The notes beneath the pieces are model-generated. The model saw nothing but the letters and a program-made list of their open reading frames with translations. It was not told where the DNA came from and ran no database searches. Shown piece by piece: positions 1 through 12,892 of a DNA stretch of 64,000 nt (position 1 is the first letter of the stretch; each line of letters begins with the position of its first letter). The DNA lies in contig OZ234494.1 of NCBI GenBank assembly GCA_965153455.1, positions 6,262,001 to 6,326,000 on the forward strand. The letters are read 5' to 3'. Made by a program: the position numbers and the translations under genes. This DNA is from Sphagnum compactum. Its lineage: Eukaryota.

Positions 1-1288
1 TCTAAGGCTTAGAAAGTAAGCAAACTTTGCCATAGCTTAATCCCGCCGCCTCCCCGCCACCCCCCAAAACACCCTCCCTTCAACCTAAACCAAACTTCCA
101 TGAGTAATTAACTCATGTAATTGGTAGGGGCAAATGGTAAGAGCAATAGGTGTGCAATGTCTCTAGTTGTCCTTAGAAAAAAATTGTCCTTGCCAAAATA
201 TAAATGTAGAATGCAAGAAAGAAGTGAGGGAATCAAGATTGTGAAATCCTTGTATTATAATGGGTTAATGGGCCCCATATTTGTTTAGAAACATGCTCTC
301 ACATGGGGATTGCATGGGGAGGGAGGAAAAAAAAAGGAGAGATTTTTGTCTCAATAATATACCATGCACAGTAGTAGTGTGTACAAAATTTAGTGGTAGT
401 TGAATGAATTTTTTTTTTTAAAAAAAAGGAGAAATATGGAAGGGAAAAAGTTAGGAACCTTCCCAAAATTTAATAGACAAAGCTTTGCAGAAATTTGTAG
501 GGCACTATCTTAAATGGGTCTTTTACCTATTGATTTCAAGTCTAAAATTGGTCCCACAAAGCAATGGCCTGACATCTGCACAGAATACCAAACATGTTAA
601 TGAAGAAGAGGGGACAAGTTGGATTTGATGTGAAGGAAAAAGGAACAGAAATTAGGGCTGAAAAAGCCCACAAGAACCTTTGCGTTTCTTTTAGGTTGCT
701 GTTCATACAAGTGTAGTAGCTTAGCGGTGAACCTGAGAGTAGAAAACTGAAAAATATGGCATTCTCCTCTTTAGAATAGAATCTTCCATGCTGAGCTGAG
801 CTGAGCTGCAAGAGGGAGACCTAAAAGGAAAGATTTCATGAAACTTCTAGAGAAGACAAAATGAACCCAGCACAAAGAACAGAAAATTTGGTCATTTTTT
901 GCAAAAGCATAGGAGTAATTTTGCTGGTGTAGTCGGAGGGCACCTTATTACATATAGTAAAGGAAGAATGAAGCTTCCCCTTAATCAGTAGCTACGGACA
1001 TTTATATACTCCATAAATATCAGTTCTACTAAAGAGGAGGGATGCTTAGAGCATGCCCAGTGTGCAATATTTAGGACATCCAGTGCCCAAGCACAAAATG
1101 ATCGCCAGGTTTTGATGGCAGGTGCTTACCATAGGGCCCTGCCTACTACACAAATTCCCAAAAACAGGGTTGGGAAGGGGTGAATATTTTTCTAGTTTGA
1201 ATGGTTCACTGGGTAACTTTTAAAGGTAAAAATAACAAGACATTCAGTAAAAATTTCTCATCTCGCACGCAATGTTTCTATGGACGGC

Positions 1289-1503
1289 TAGGGTGAACCA
1301 CCAGCACCCACGACTGAACCTTTACCTTTTGGAGTGAGGCATTTTAAATAGTGGCCATATTGTTAGAGCCCAAAAAATGTTAGACTTGAACACAGTGACC
1401 CTGATTTTGTCTAAGCAATGGGATATTAGTAAATATTTATAAATAATTTAAATGAATTTTCGGATTTTTATCATGATACCAAATTGCGTGCTGGTTCACC
1501 CTT
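1289..1503. mobile_element. Small non-autonomous TIR element, probably hAT-like
   Basis: Left end TAGGGTGAACCA(CCA)GCAC and right end GTGCTGGTTCACCCT are inverted repeats. The flanks TGGACGGC / TGGACTAG look like a decayed 8-bp TSD. The same end motif recurs at about 1908. Confidence 0.5.
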
Positions 1504-2229
1504 GGACTAGGATCTTTACAGGCAAGAATATGCTATATTATTCCACAAAGTTCAACTGAACTTCATTCGGCCCCATTATTATTATTAGGGTTAAAACCCT
1601 AAGAAAAAGAACTATGATCCTGAACTTGGATTCTTTTGCACACTGTTTGTTGCAGTAGCTACTATACCTAACTGGAAAAAATTATTACAAAGTCCTGATA
1701 TCACGCCTAATGTCTCTACAGACTTTGGATATGTTGTTGTCTTCACACCAACTTCAACAACAAATCCAATCCCGGAGTGCCCATTGACTCCACGTATCCA
1801 AAACCCCCCAAAAGAACACTTTAATCAACTGGCAGGCTCCTCATGACACCAAATCAATTCAACACAAAACCCTCCCCTTACAAGTACCCACTAAAGTAGG
1901 GCCACAGTGAACCAGCACCCATGAACGCACCAGATGGCTGTTCTGTCCATGGGACGGGCTGCATTTTCTCACTCAATTCCTGACCCTGCATTAACCCACA
2001 TTGCACCACAGTCAACCTTTTTTGGTTGCTGACCTTTGATCTTTATTTTTTCTTGGTCATTTTTTTTGGGCCATTTCTCCCCCAACCCTGACCTATATAG
2101 GACCCTTCCACATATCTACCCTTCTCACCTAGCTACCCTGCTAACCTACATCTTAGCCTTAACTATAAATTAACTCTCAACACCCCTACCTACCCACCTT
2201 ACTTCTCTACTCTCTATCATTCCCTAACT

Positions 2230-3408
2230 AAATCTTTATCTCTTAGCAAAACCTCTATATATTTTTGGCTAAACTTTTATCTCTTGGCAAGTTTTTTTTT
2301 TTTTTTTTTGCTGAACCTATATTTCTTAGCATAACTTTTCTATTTGTTGGCAAAACTTTTATTTCTTCTTGACAAAACCTTTATATCTTTGTGACCAAAC
2401 CTCTATCTTTTGACAAAACTTTTATATATTTATGGTCAAACCTCTATCTTATCTCGTTTTGACAAAACCTCTATCCTATTTCGTTTTGACTAAACTTTTA
2501 TTTTTGAGCAAATTTTTAATTTTTTTTTGGCTACAACTTCACCTTAACAAAAAATTACATTTTCTAAGCTAATCTTTTACCTTTTGTCAAAACCTTTATG
2601 TCACTTGGCTAAACATCTACCTATCTATATCTTCCTACATAAACCTTTACCTTTTAGCAAAACCTCCATTTCTTTTTTGTTAAACCTTACCTCTTGGCAA
2701 TTTTTTTTCATCTTTTTAGCTAAACCTCTACCTTTTGCCAAAACCTTTATTTCTTTTTGGCTAAACTATTACATTTTGGCAAAACTTTTATATTTTTTTG
2801 GGTAAACCACTACTTTTGGCAAAACCTCCATTTATTATTGGTTAAACTTTTACCTCTTGGCAAAACCTTTATATCTTCTTGAGTAAACTTCTGCATTTTG
2901 GCAAAACCTTTATCTTTTATTGGTCAAACTTCTACCTCTTGATAAGTTTTTATATTTTCTTGGTGAAGTTTCGACCTCTTAGCAAAAAAATTATATTTTC
3001 CTTGCTAAACCTTTAACTTTTGGCAAAACCTTCATCTTTTATTAGTTAACCTCTACCTATTGGTAAAACCTTTATGTTTTCTTAAGTAAACCTTTACCTT
3101 TTGGCAAGACCTCTATATCTTCTTGGTGAAATCTCTACCTTTTGGCAAAACCTTTATGTTTTCCTTCATAAACTTCTACCTTTTAACAAAACCTTTATAT
3201 CTTATTGACTAAACCTATACCTTTTGACAAAACCTCTATCTTTTTTTAGTGAAACTTTTACCTTTTGGCAAAACCTTTATTTCCCCCTAGCTAAACCTTT
3301 ATTTGTTGGTAAAACATCTTTGTTGATTGGCTAAACCTTCACTTGTTGGCAAAACCTTTATAAATTTTTGGTTAAACATTTACCTATATGCAAAACCTTT
3401 ATCTTTTC
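2230..3408. repeat. Degenerate minisatellite, ~41-bp unit made of two ~20-bp halves
   Basis: Recurrent TTTTGGCAAAACCTTTAT...GGCTAAACCTCTACC units over about 1.2 kb. Confidence 0.85.
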
Positions 3409-4249
3409 ATGTTGAATATTCAAACAATTCAAATTATTATTCGATAATTTTTAAGCATAGGTAAAAACATTATTAAACCATTTTGGTCCACTAACCACTT
3501 ACCTATTCATTGTTCCATTTCAAGCCTATCATCATCCTAGAATATACAAATAGTCAAATGTAGGTATTGCATGGCACATTTCATAATCATTTTTTGCAAG
3601 GATGTGATGAAAATATATGTTACCACCGAGATGTGGGTATTACACTTGGGCTTAATATTTTCAACAACTTTGTTTCAACTTTGGCCCATTTAATGCATGA
3701 TGTATAGTTAAGGATATTTAATTTCCTAGGCAAAAATGAATATAGGCGTTTTTGGAAGGCTAGGGAAATGTGCCATACTTTTATGACAGTAAATGTTTCT
3801 TGCAACCCACTTTCTAGATACTAAGTAAAATCTATCATAAAATATTTAGGTAGGATTAGGAGTTTTGCTCGATTATATATATAGCAAATTCAAATCATTT
3901 GTTCTCTTTTCAAAGGAAGTGGAAACAAATTCAATATGAAAGGTGAGAGCATTGTTTCCTTTGCCTCCTATAAAAATAGGTGTGTGGAATTACAATGTCA
4001 CTATTGTTAGTGATAAGCATTAATGTTCATTTATTGAATGGTAAGATACAATTATATTCCTTGCACCACCTATGAGGTTTGATTGGGTGGCATTAGATTT
4101 ACTTGTAGGAAGATGCAATCTATTTTATGATAATTGAATGTTGATGGAATTTTTATACAAACTATATCAAAATAAATGAAGTTAGTTTGTAGACATTATG
4201 GGAGTTTATAAAAACAAAAATCCAAGTATTCCGTGTTTGGTATCTCATT

Positions 4250-5130
4250 AAAACCTATATGTGGGTATTGCTTGGACATTCATAAAACACAATAAATGAT
4301 GAGAAAGATATTAAAGTATTGCATGTACATAATGAATGTTTTATAGTTGTATAAAGGTATTGAAGGCTTAGTGATTTACATAATGAAGATTATCTTGTGA
4401 TGCAAGTATTGCATGTTTCAATACTGTATACAATGAAGATTACCAAAAGAATACAAGTATTGCAAGTCTAGTCAAACATAATGAAGGTTTATTATTATGA
4501 TGTAGGTATTGTTAAAAATTCATTGTTCTTCATTTTGGCTACCTTTGTCTTGCCAATGTAAGTAATACATTGTCCATATGTAAGTATTTGAATTAATGTT
4601 GTGTAAAGGAAACACATTTTTTATGCGGGTATTATAGTCGTAGTTAGATGCACACAATGAAGGATTGGTTTTGTGATGCATGTATTGCACGCACAATTAT
4701 ATGGACATAATGAAGGTTAAGGGTTTATGTGGGTTTATGCAAGTATTGCATATTTAGTTAAATGCCCACAATGAAGGTTTGGTTTCTAATGTGGGTATTG
4801 CACATTCAGTTAAATGCCCATAGTGAAGGTCTCTAATGTGGGTAATGCGCATTTAATTAAATGCCCACAATGAAGGATTGGTTTCTAATGTGCGTATTGC
4901 ATATTCAGTTAAATGCCATAGTGAAGGATTGGTTTTTGATGCGGGTATTGCATATTTAGTTAAATGCCCACATTGAAGGTTTGGTTTCCGATGCAAATAT
5001 TGCATATTCAGTTAAATGCCCACAATGAAGGTTTGGTTTCTAATGTGGGTATTGCATATTCAATTAAATGCTCACAATGAAAAATTCATTTCTGATGCAA
5101 GTATTGCATTTTCAATTATATGCACACAAT
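4250..5130. repeat. Minisatellite, ~52-bp unit
   Basis: AATGAAGGTTTGGTTTCTAATGTGGGTATTGCATATTCAGTTAAATGCCCAC-type units, best conserved at 4740-5130 and more degenerate leftwards. Confidence 0.9.
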
Positions 5131-5619
5131 GATTGATGGTTAATATAGCCAAACCCAAAGCTAGCAAGCTAGGGGTCTTCCTCAAAATCTGGACAACATT
5201 GGCATATCACAAAGAAAAGGCCAGAAACACATAGTTTTTCTAGGGCACCTATGGTAGATTGTGCATGTCTTGACACACATAAATCTCAAATTCAACTAAG
5301 TTAAATAGACCTTTGAAAAAATCAATTAGGAGAAAACTTTGGAGCTGGAGCATTTCTCATAATCTTTCTTCAAGAGGCTGATACCATATGAGATCCTTGA
5401 AATTAATGTCACATTTTACAATCAACCAACTCCATTACCAAGTACACAAACCTTATGTCAGGGCTTTATTTCTAAGCGCTACATTGTGTTTGGAAGGCTC
5501 TAGCTTTGAAAGTGAGAAAAAAAAATCTTACAAAAAGGAAAGACAAGTTATTGTTGGGCTCAAATTTTGAACTCTTGACGCTCCTCCTCCTTCTCTCGAT
5601 TCACTGACCCCGCTTATGG

Positions 5620-5800
5620 AATCTCTTGACAATCTATCAGCGCTTTTGACAATTTGTTGTTAATGTCACTAACGTCGGACCTCTTGATAGTCCAACAGTG
5701 CTTTTGATAGTCTATTGCTAACATCACTAATGTCAAACCTCTTAAGAGTCCATCATTGCTCTTGATAGTTCATCGTTGATGTCACCAATGTCAGAACTTC
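5620..5800. repeat. Tandem repeat, ~58 bp x3
   Basis: CTCTTGA...GCTTTTGA...TGTCACTAA(C/T)GTC repeated three times with substitutions. Confidence 0.75.
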
Positions 5801-7312
5801 TAAAGCTTCATTGCTAAAATTGGAGCATGCAATGCCCCTTGTTGGGGTCCTCTTTTCTCCTACTACTTGACTAACACCTAACCTCCTAAACTAAATACTA
5901 ATGCATCCCTCCCTTCCTCCTCCTAACTTACTAACCACAATCTAAACTTTTCATGAGCATGCGGCAACTTTCCTCCTATCTTCCTACTCTTGACCTTTCA
6001 ACCGACCAATAAGCACACACCTCATGTCCTCCTCTTCCTAACCTTTTGACCTACCCCTAAGCACACACCTCTCCTCCTCCCTCTTCTTCTTGAGCTTGCA
6101 CCTTCCTGAGCTTGCACCTTTGCTTTGAAACACTAATGATACACCAATACTACACTTCATTCTATGTTCAACCAAAAAGGAGGCACCAAAAAACAACTAG
6201 TAAGCAAACCCCTAAACCTTGAAATGCACAAATGCCCCCGCTGCCTTAAACCCTAACTAAGATACTACCATTTCTTTTTCTTTTTCTATTTTAGAATAAT
6301 TAGTTATAATAACATTAAAAATAATCTCCATAGTTAAATCTAATTTTTTTTGTCACTAAATGATGATGTTTTGCCAAAAACCAATAATATCGATGCCAAC
6401 TTTTTATATATATATAAAATATAACCAAATAATCAGATTGAAATTAAATATTTTTTGGTTGATTGCATATAAATAAAAAACTATATTAAAATCAAAAGTG
6501 TGATTTATTCATTTTCAATAATCACAATTTGATCAAGATTTAAGACCATTTCCATATTTCTATACATGTGGTTCAAACATGTAACCAAAAAATATTAAAT
6601 TCAAACTAAATTATATTTAGCTTATAGTCAAATCTGGACAAATTTTCTATGTACCATTAATGTATTATTGTCATATTGACCACAACACGAATTTTACAAA
6701 ACAAAACATTTCATGATTATGGTCACATCAACACTCTCACCCCATGCCATATGAGCCATTAATATCATGTTGCTAGACATGGTGGAAATGTCATGCCATC
6801 ATGCATCAATATTGTCAAAACTTGACAATATTGTTCCTTTTACCTGATTAGTGTATTCAATAAAATACCTTCAACCTATTTGGTGTATTTTTAAAAATAG
6901 TTTTAACCCAATTGGTTCATACATTGTACTATATCTAAAATAAAAAGTCCATTCACAACATAAATTTAAATACATTGGGTTCTTGTGTGAGTGCTCCTTT
7001 GTTGTCTCAACATTGTTGTCCTTTTCAATGGGAAAGTGCCTTTCATGTGGAGATTCTTATTCGCTCCATAAGTTTTAGGGTTTTTACTATGATGGACGTT
7101 AATAGTTGACTTAATTTAGTAGCCAACATCAGAGTTCATGGATTGAGTGCAAATGGAAAAACACCCAAATTTTTCACTCCAAGCATTATCTAGTGCGCAA
7201 GCCGCAAGTCACATTTCACATTGTTTTTGGATTTTGATCCTTTACTTGAGAGTTGAAGCCATGAGACAAGATCATTGAACCCTTCCCTAAGGTTTGACCC
7301 CTAGGTCTCCAC

Positions 7313-7492
7313 CAAAGGGGATTTTTTATTTTTCCTTTTTTGATAAATTTGAGATTTCGAAAATTTGGAATTTTTTTTTTTCCCAAATTTTAGGAAAAGT
7401 AGTCAAATATACAGTTTAAAAAAATAAAATCCAAAGATTTCCCAAATTTTTGTTGAGAAAACAACAAAATTTGTCAGGAAAAAAAAACAATG
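7313..7492. mobile_element. 180-bp non-autonomous element with 8-bp TSD (hAT-type MITE)
   Basis: Perfect GTCTCCAC at 7305-7312 and 7493-7500. A related copy lies at about 59877-60024. TIRs are degenerate. Confidence 0.7.
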
Positions 7493-8539
7493 GTCTCCAC
7501 ACAATCTTTTTGTAACAAGTTCTTTGTAAAGAAACAATGGTAAATTTCTTCTTTTTTCAGTAAAGGCATTATTAACTAAGTAAATGATATTGATGTAATT
7601 GTTAATGGAAACTTTGGTCCTTTACATAGTAAATATATGGTATAGTTTGTCTACCTTGATGGATGCCTTGAAGCCCAAGAAAAAAGCCCATGTAAATTGA
7701 GCTCAACTTGTAAAATCCAAGTTACATTATATTGCTAGTTTGATAGTGGTGTTGTTGACAAAGGGAAAATTTCCTTTACTTTTATCCTGAATCTTACAAG
7801 TTGAGATTTTCATGATTTATATAATATCACGTATTTTAAAAGAGATAATATCAACCAAGTTAGGACAAGGGATGATTAAGTCTATTGTGGCACAATGAAT
7901 AGAAGGTACAACCTTAAGGGGTTCGGCACAACTGAAAAATATGATTAGTGCAGTAAAATGAATTAAATAAATTAAATAAATTAAATAATCATGAATTGAT
8001 TTATATATCATATACACGTGGGATGATATATTTCATATTACAAATTAATAAAAAGTTAAAGGTGAAGTGACAATGATTAAGGGAGAAATCATTGTTTCAT
8101 CATTTGAATAAAATTTTCAAGGTTGGAGGAGTAGTGATATTTTTTTTCAATTTTTTGATTTTGCATAATTTGCTAGCATCCCAAGAGGGATTTAGCATTA
8201 AATGGGGCCACGTTTTAGAATCTGCCTAAATGGTTTAAAAAAGAATAGTTTAAAAATATTTCCAAACTAAAATTAGAGTCAAAATGTAATGAAATTTGTT
8301 CAATTTTTGTTTTTTCAAAATCTGGCAATTTTTCTCAGAAAATATTGGGTATATTAGAGTTATCCTAAAAGTCACCCTCTGTTTCACCCCCTCTCTCCTC
8401 TGCTTTCGCCCCCTATCCCCTCTTTCGGTGGTATCCGCAAAGTAAGGAAATTTGATTAAATCTGGGTATGAAATGCATTTAATGCACAAGGTTGAAGAGT
8501 AATTATAGTAGTTGTACAGGTAGGAGCAGTGAAAATATA

Positions 8540-10630
8540 TGTAGCCGCAGTGCCGGCGCTCAAGAAAAAGGAAACACAGGATGAAACTCAGTTTACTATC
8601 AAAATTGGTGGAAAAACTAGTTTGGGTCCCAGTTATGTCCTTTTGTAAACTTTCCACTCCCAGTTACGAGTTTGATGCCCTATTATGCCGAAACTGGCCG
8701 TTCTTGCCCCCTGATCGTCTGACTTTAAGGATAACTTTAGTGTGACAGAATATTCCCTTTTTGTTTTTCTTTTTCCCATTTTGGCGAAATTTCACACCCA
8801 ACAAAAAAAAAAAACAACGAAAAGACGTTGCAGGGGTTTAGGGTTGTTGGTTCCAGATTCTAGTAGTGTTTTCCTATTGAATTTTGTGATGTAGTTAAGC
8901 TGACAATCATCCATAAGTCGATTTAGCAAAATTTGGCTACTAACAAAGAAAGGAAAAAAAATCCTTATGTATGTTTGGCTACCTACTTGAACCATGTATA
9001 AAAATCTGGTGGCTTCAAGAATTTTTTGGAATTTTTTTTTGCATTTCGGCAATTTCTTTCAAAAAAATCATAGAATTTGTGACAAAAAGTTTCAAATTTT
9101 TTTGCAAGAGTGTAAAATTTCATACCCCAAAAAAGGCTGGATTTTCTAGACCAATTTAGACTACAAGTTTTGCACTCTGGAAACCAAATTAACTATAATT
9201 AGACCTGGAACCAGCTTCTTGCTGGAATTGGAACCTGACTGTCTTGTTTCGATCTTGTTCAACTACCCAAACTACCATATATTTGTAAATAAACAAGGGT
9301 AGATCTTAACATTTCTCTCATTTACTTGGGTATCATGGCAGTTCTTAAGGCTCATAATCTCATTCCCAGAAAAATCAAATACCATGGATTCTTTCTTGCA
9401 ACCCGGCGGTTCTGCGAGGGTTTAAGAAACTTAAATGAGAACCATTGTTTCTTTGATTCTGAATTTTCAAGTGTATTCTACTAGTGGTTGAATGTTCCTT
9501 TTTCACTGTTTTTTTTCGAAATTTCCAACATTTTGCTCCAAGAATTTCCAAAATTTCAGCAAACTTAAAAATAGTTTAATTAGCGCCAAACCTGGGCAGG
9601 TATTACGGTATTATTGCAACATGACTGAGTGTACTATGGGCCTAAGGGATCGTTGATCTTCTTAGGGTCTCTTTCTTCCCTAAGATGATGGAAAGCCATT
9701 GACGTAGGGCCTTGTCTCTTTCTGCAGCGACAGTAGCTTTCAAATGTAATTAATCATGTTAAGAACTCTGGGCACATATGTTCTCATGGTAAAACAAAGG
9801 GACACACATCATTGCATGGCGAGTCTTAGTTTGATCCACAGCTCTGAGAGATCCTGCAATTGGTCAATGCATTGACTTGAAGAGCTGTGAGATGACTGTG
9901 AGCACATCTAATTGAAAAAACTTAATGGAAAGCTGCTGTGATCATAGAATCTGTGATCGGCAGCAGGGTAATGCAAAGATGTCCTTATTTAAGCGGTGCT
10001 GGCCAGCTACATGAGGATTATGAGGATTTGACCCCTCATGTGAAAACCCATTGCTAATTCCATCTGAATGCCATTGCTAGTTGCTTTGGATAGTTTATGG
10101 AAACATAGAGCTGATCATGGGCCACCCAGAACTCATTGCAGACCAAGAAAGTTGAGTTTAACTCTCCTGGCAACATGATTTTGGCAGGCTATATTATGCT
10201 ACATTCAAAAAATCCAGGTGCTACTAGCTGCTCATGGTAAGTGGGATCTTAGTGTGAATGTTCAACAACAAAGAATTAGGGTTGTAAGAGCTATGCTTGG
10301 AAACAGACTGCACTAGGGTGCACATATGGATTGAGATGAACAATATATAAGAGGTACATGCATGCATGTAGCTGCAACTGTAGTACATGTCACTAAAGTG
10401 ATGAATGCACAATTAACCAGATCTGTACACAGATTGTCTGCATGCAAGACAGATGATTGATAATTGCTGGTTATTGCAGTGCACCATCTGATCCAACAAA
10501 AATTTCCGCTGCATGGTCATTATGTAGATGCTCGGAAGAAAATATGTTGCAGTTGGTAATTCACCATATGAGGAGCTCAGTACTGTCGATAATAATACTT
10601 TGGGGGTCATCATCAACCCATTTCCTCATG
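8540..10630 (+). pseudogene. Heavily decayed omega-3/delta-12 fatty acid desaturase (FAD3/7/8-like) relic, interrupted by repeats
   Basis: Collinear motif relics: FTIK..SYVL (~8590-8645); WA..VL..HD plus TG (9593-9627), then an intron-like gap and a CAG acceptor at 9727 followed by SF..N..GHIC; (H)AWR (~9810-9825); HR.....GN (9943-9972); HH.DP.KI (~10480); GA-LSTVD...G.IINP..H then GTAAGT (10572-10636). Many stops and frameshifts. Confidence 0.5.
8863..9139. mobile_element. Copy of an abundant dispersed MITE-like repeat family
   Basis: The core TTTTGTGATGTAG...GATTTAGC(C/A)AAATTTGGCTAC...TTTGGCTACCTACTTGAACCATGTA recurs at about 14730-14885, 30850-31030 and 63078-63330, with fragments elsewhere. 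Confidence 0.75.
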
Positions 10631-11622
10631 GTAAGTACGTCCAGACTACGCATTGTCAAGAAATCTTAATGTGCCCGGGATATGGTGACAGTACAGCCAC
10701 CAAGTTCATTACAAAACATAGAAGAGAGAAATCAAACTGAAAGATCAATATGCCAGTTCATGATTGCAGCATCCACCGACGTCTCAGAGGACTATTCATG
10801 AATATGAGTCTTTGATTTTGTGCATAGAAGTACAAAGACAAATCAAAGATAATTTGTATAACAAAGGATGCGTTCGATCTGCTAAGTCTTGGATTCACTT
10901 TGATTAAGCTTTTTAAGATGGAAATGAGATAAGTTGTATTTGGGAACTAATTAACCCAGAGCGACTCATGTCATGAGGTTGATTCAGTAGTGCGTCTCAA
11001 AGGTACTGCTGAGCACATTCTAGACTTAGAACATTGAGTAAAATAATTAGATTTATAATCTGCAACATTCAGAAAACACCAGATCAGACCAAAGACAAAT
11101 CCCCGCGTGCCAGCCGCTTTGGTTGCCTACAAGGATCGCAACCACCATCGCAGCTCCTGCAAGATTTCACTATTAGTTCTCATGAAGAACTTGTCAGTTT
11201 GGACTACTAGTTTCGAGCACAATCTTGCAGCTTTTTAAGGATTCCTTCCCCATATATGGGACCATCAACAAGAACTTGAATTTCCCCTATGCAAAACATG
11301 AAATGGTTTGTTTGACAATTGGATTCAAGTACAACGATTCCTCTGTTTCACAACGGGAAAATTAGAATAAAACATTGAAATATTGGTCCCGTGATTTCCG
11401 TGTAGAAGACCGTTAAAGAAATGACTAACCTAAAGAAGCGTTGTAGAAGATCACCGCCGTCACCAACTCGTGGAAGAAACTGAAACTTTGCACGGAGAAG
11501 ACACGTGATTATATACAACAAGTTCAGGTCGTCAATTAGCAAATGGTAGCTCCGCATGAAGGAGGAGGAGGAGACAGGGGACTAGCTGTCACCACCGTAA
11601 TGGGAACAGATTCACGTTCAAC

Positions 11623-11695
11623 CACAAGGAGCTAGAGCTTGGACGATTCCCTTGTGGGAAGAAAATTGTCTAACTTTACCTCCAAGAATAGACTA
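11623..11695 (+). repeat. Direct repeat copy 1 (73 bp) flanking MIR319
   Basis: Matches 12364-12433 apart from two substitutions and one 3-nt indel. Confidence 0.95.
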
Positions 11696-12126
11696 CAAAC
11701 GTAGATAACAGGGAATTGTGCAACATTCCCAAGGAACCTCACAGGGAAAGTTCATCTAGAAATGGTTTATGTACAACTCTACCATACGACTACAAGGGGA
11801 AGTCGGTCATTTTTCCTAGTTGGGAAGCACCTATTGAGGAAATCTACCAATTTTCCCTTTGATATTGGTTCTAAGAGGGATTTCTAAAACGGATAAATGA
11901 GAACTTTCCCACATGTCACACAGGGAGTTGTACCAGAACTCCTTGTATAATACTGGATGATCAGTACTAGGTGCGAAGTTGAAAGAGGAAATATAAGTTA
12001 GCTCTAGTTTGTTGCAGCTAGCTAGCTGACCAGTACACAAAGCAAGCAAGCAAACATGCATGCAAGCAAGCTGACTGCATGACATATGGATGGAGAGAAT
12101 GAATGAAAGAATATCGGTAGCTGCTG

Positions 12127-12340
12127 CACAGCGATCGAGTGGGAGCTCCCTTCAGTCCAAGAGAGGGAGAAAGAAAGGATGATCGCCTCCCGCATCAAAC
12201 AAGCGGATAACTTGCCAGGAGGATCGAGGATCGATTCATGAACCATCCTTGACAGGGCAGTCGAATGTTTGAGTCGGCAGCTGTACATCCCTCGTCAAAT
12301 CCACTATTGGACTAAAGGAAACTCCCATCAGAAATGCTGC
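12127..12340 (-). ncRNA. MIR319: miR319 (miR159/319 family) precursor hairpin
   Basis: Minus strand: the 5' arm GGGAGUUUCCUUUAGUCCAA (12326-12307) pairs with mature CUUGGACUGAAGGGAGCUCCC (12161-12141). The family-typical upper duplex AGCUGCCGACUCA / UGAUGCGGGAG is present at 12282-12270 and 12196-12186. A lower stem is also present. Confidence 0.96.
12141..12161 (-). ncRNA. miR319: Mature miR319
   Basis: The reverse complement of GGGAGCTCCCTTCAGTCCAAG contains the canonical UUGGACUGAAGGGAGCUCCC. The exact ends are inferred. Confidence 0.93.
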
Positions 12341-12363
12341 CGAAGAATCTATATAGAAACAAA

Positions 12364-12433
12364 CACAAGGAGCTAGAGCTTGGATGATTCCCTTGTGGGA
12401 AAATTGTCTGACTTTACCTCCAAGAATAGACTA
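12364..12433 (+). repeat. Direct repeat copy 2 (70 bp) flanking MIR319
   Basis: Near-identical to 11623-11695. Confidence 0.95.
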
Positions 12434-12892
12434 TGGCATAAAACCAAAGCCTGCACGCTACCGCTAACATATAAATACTCTAGGAAGAAAACATCATCGT
12501 CCACAAATCAAGGTCCAAAATCGATGGACATCAACAAGCGGTTGGTTGGTCGCACAATGGTTGTGCTTCCTTTTAAATTATGACTTTCATATAGAAGGAG
12601 GATAAACATTCAACATACTAAATTGGAAACACACATGGTGAAGCCCAAGTCTTGGATCATTCGGTTATGCCAAGAAATGTTTCTATACTGGACTCCACAT
12701 GACCCTAGAATAATTAATGTAGAGATACCAAACTTTGGCCCGCGTTTCTGGGTGCATCACGTCTCTGTCTCTGCCGTGCCGTGAATAATAAGGGCAGATC
12801 CTGCAACAAAGCATTCAAAATCGAGCGAGCGACAAACAATATTGAGAAACTGATCATGCAGCAACAGCAGCCAGTGGTTTACGAAAATACTG

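Noticed and set aside
5375-5395. tRNA-Met primer-binding-site-like TGGTATCAG on the minus strand
   Set aside because: Only 9 nt match, and I found no paired LTR or gag/pol motifs.
10528-10740. KYVAVGN resembling a GH17 glucanase motif
   Set aside because: The catalytic Glu (GNE) is absent, no other GH17 motif is nearby, and the surroundings fit the desaturase relic better.
12307-12326. Second miR319-like sequence on the plus strand
   Set aside because: It is the complement of the star arm. G:U pairs work only for the minus-strand transcript.
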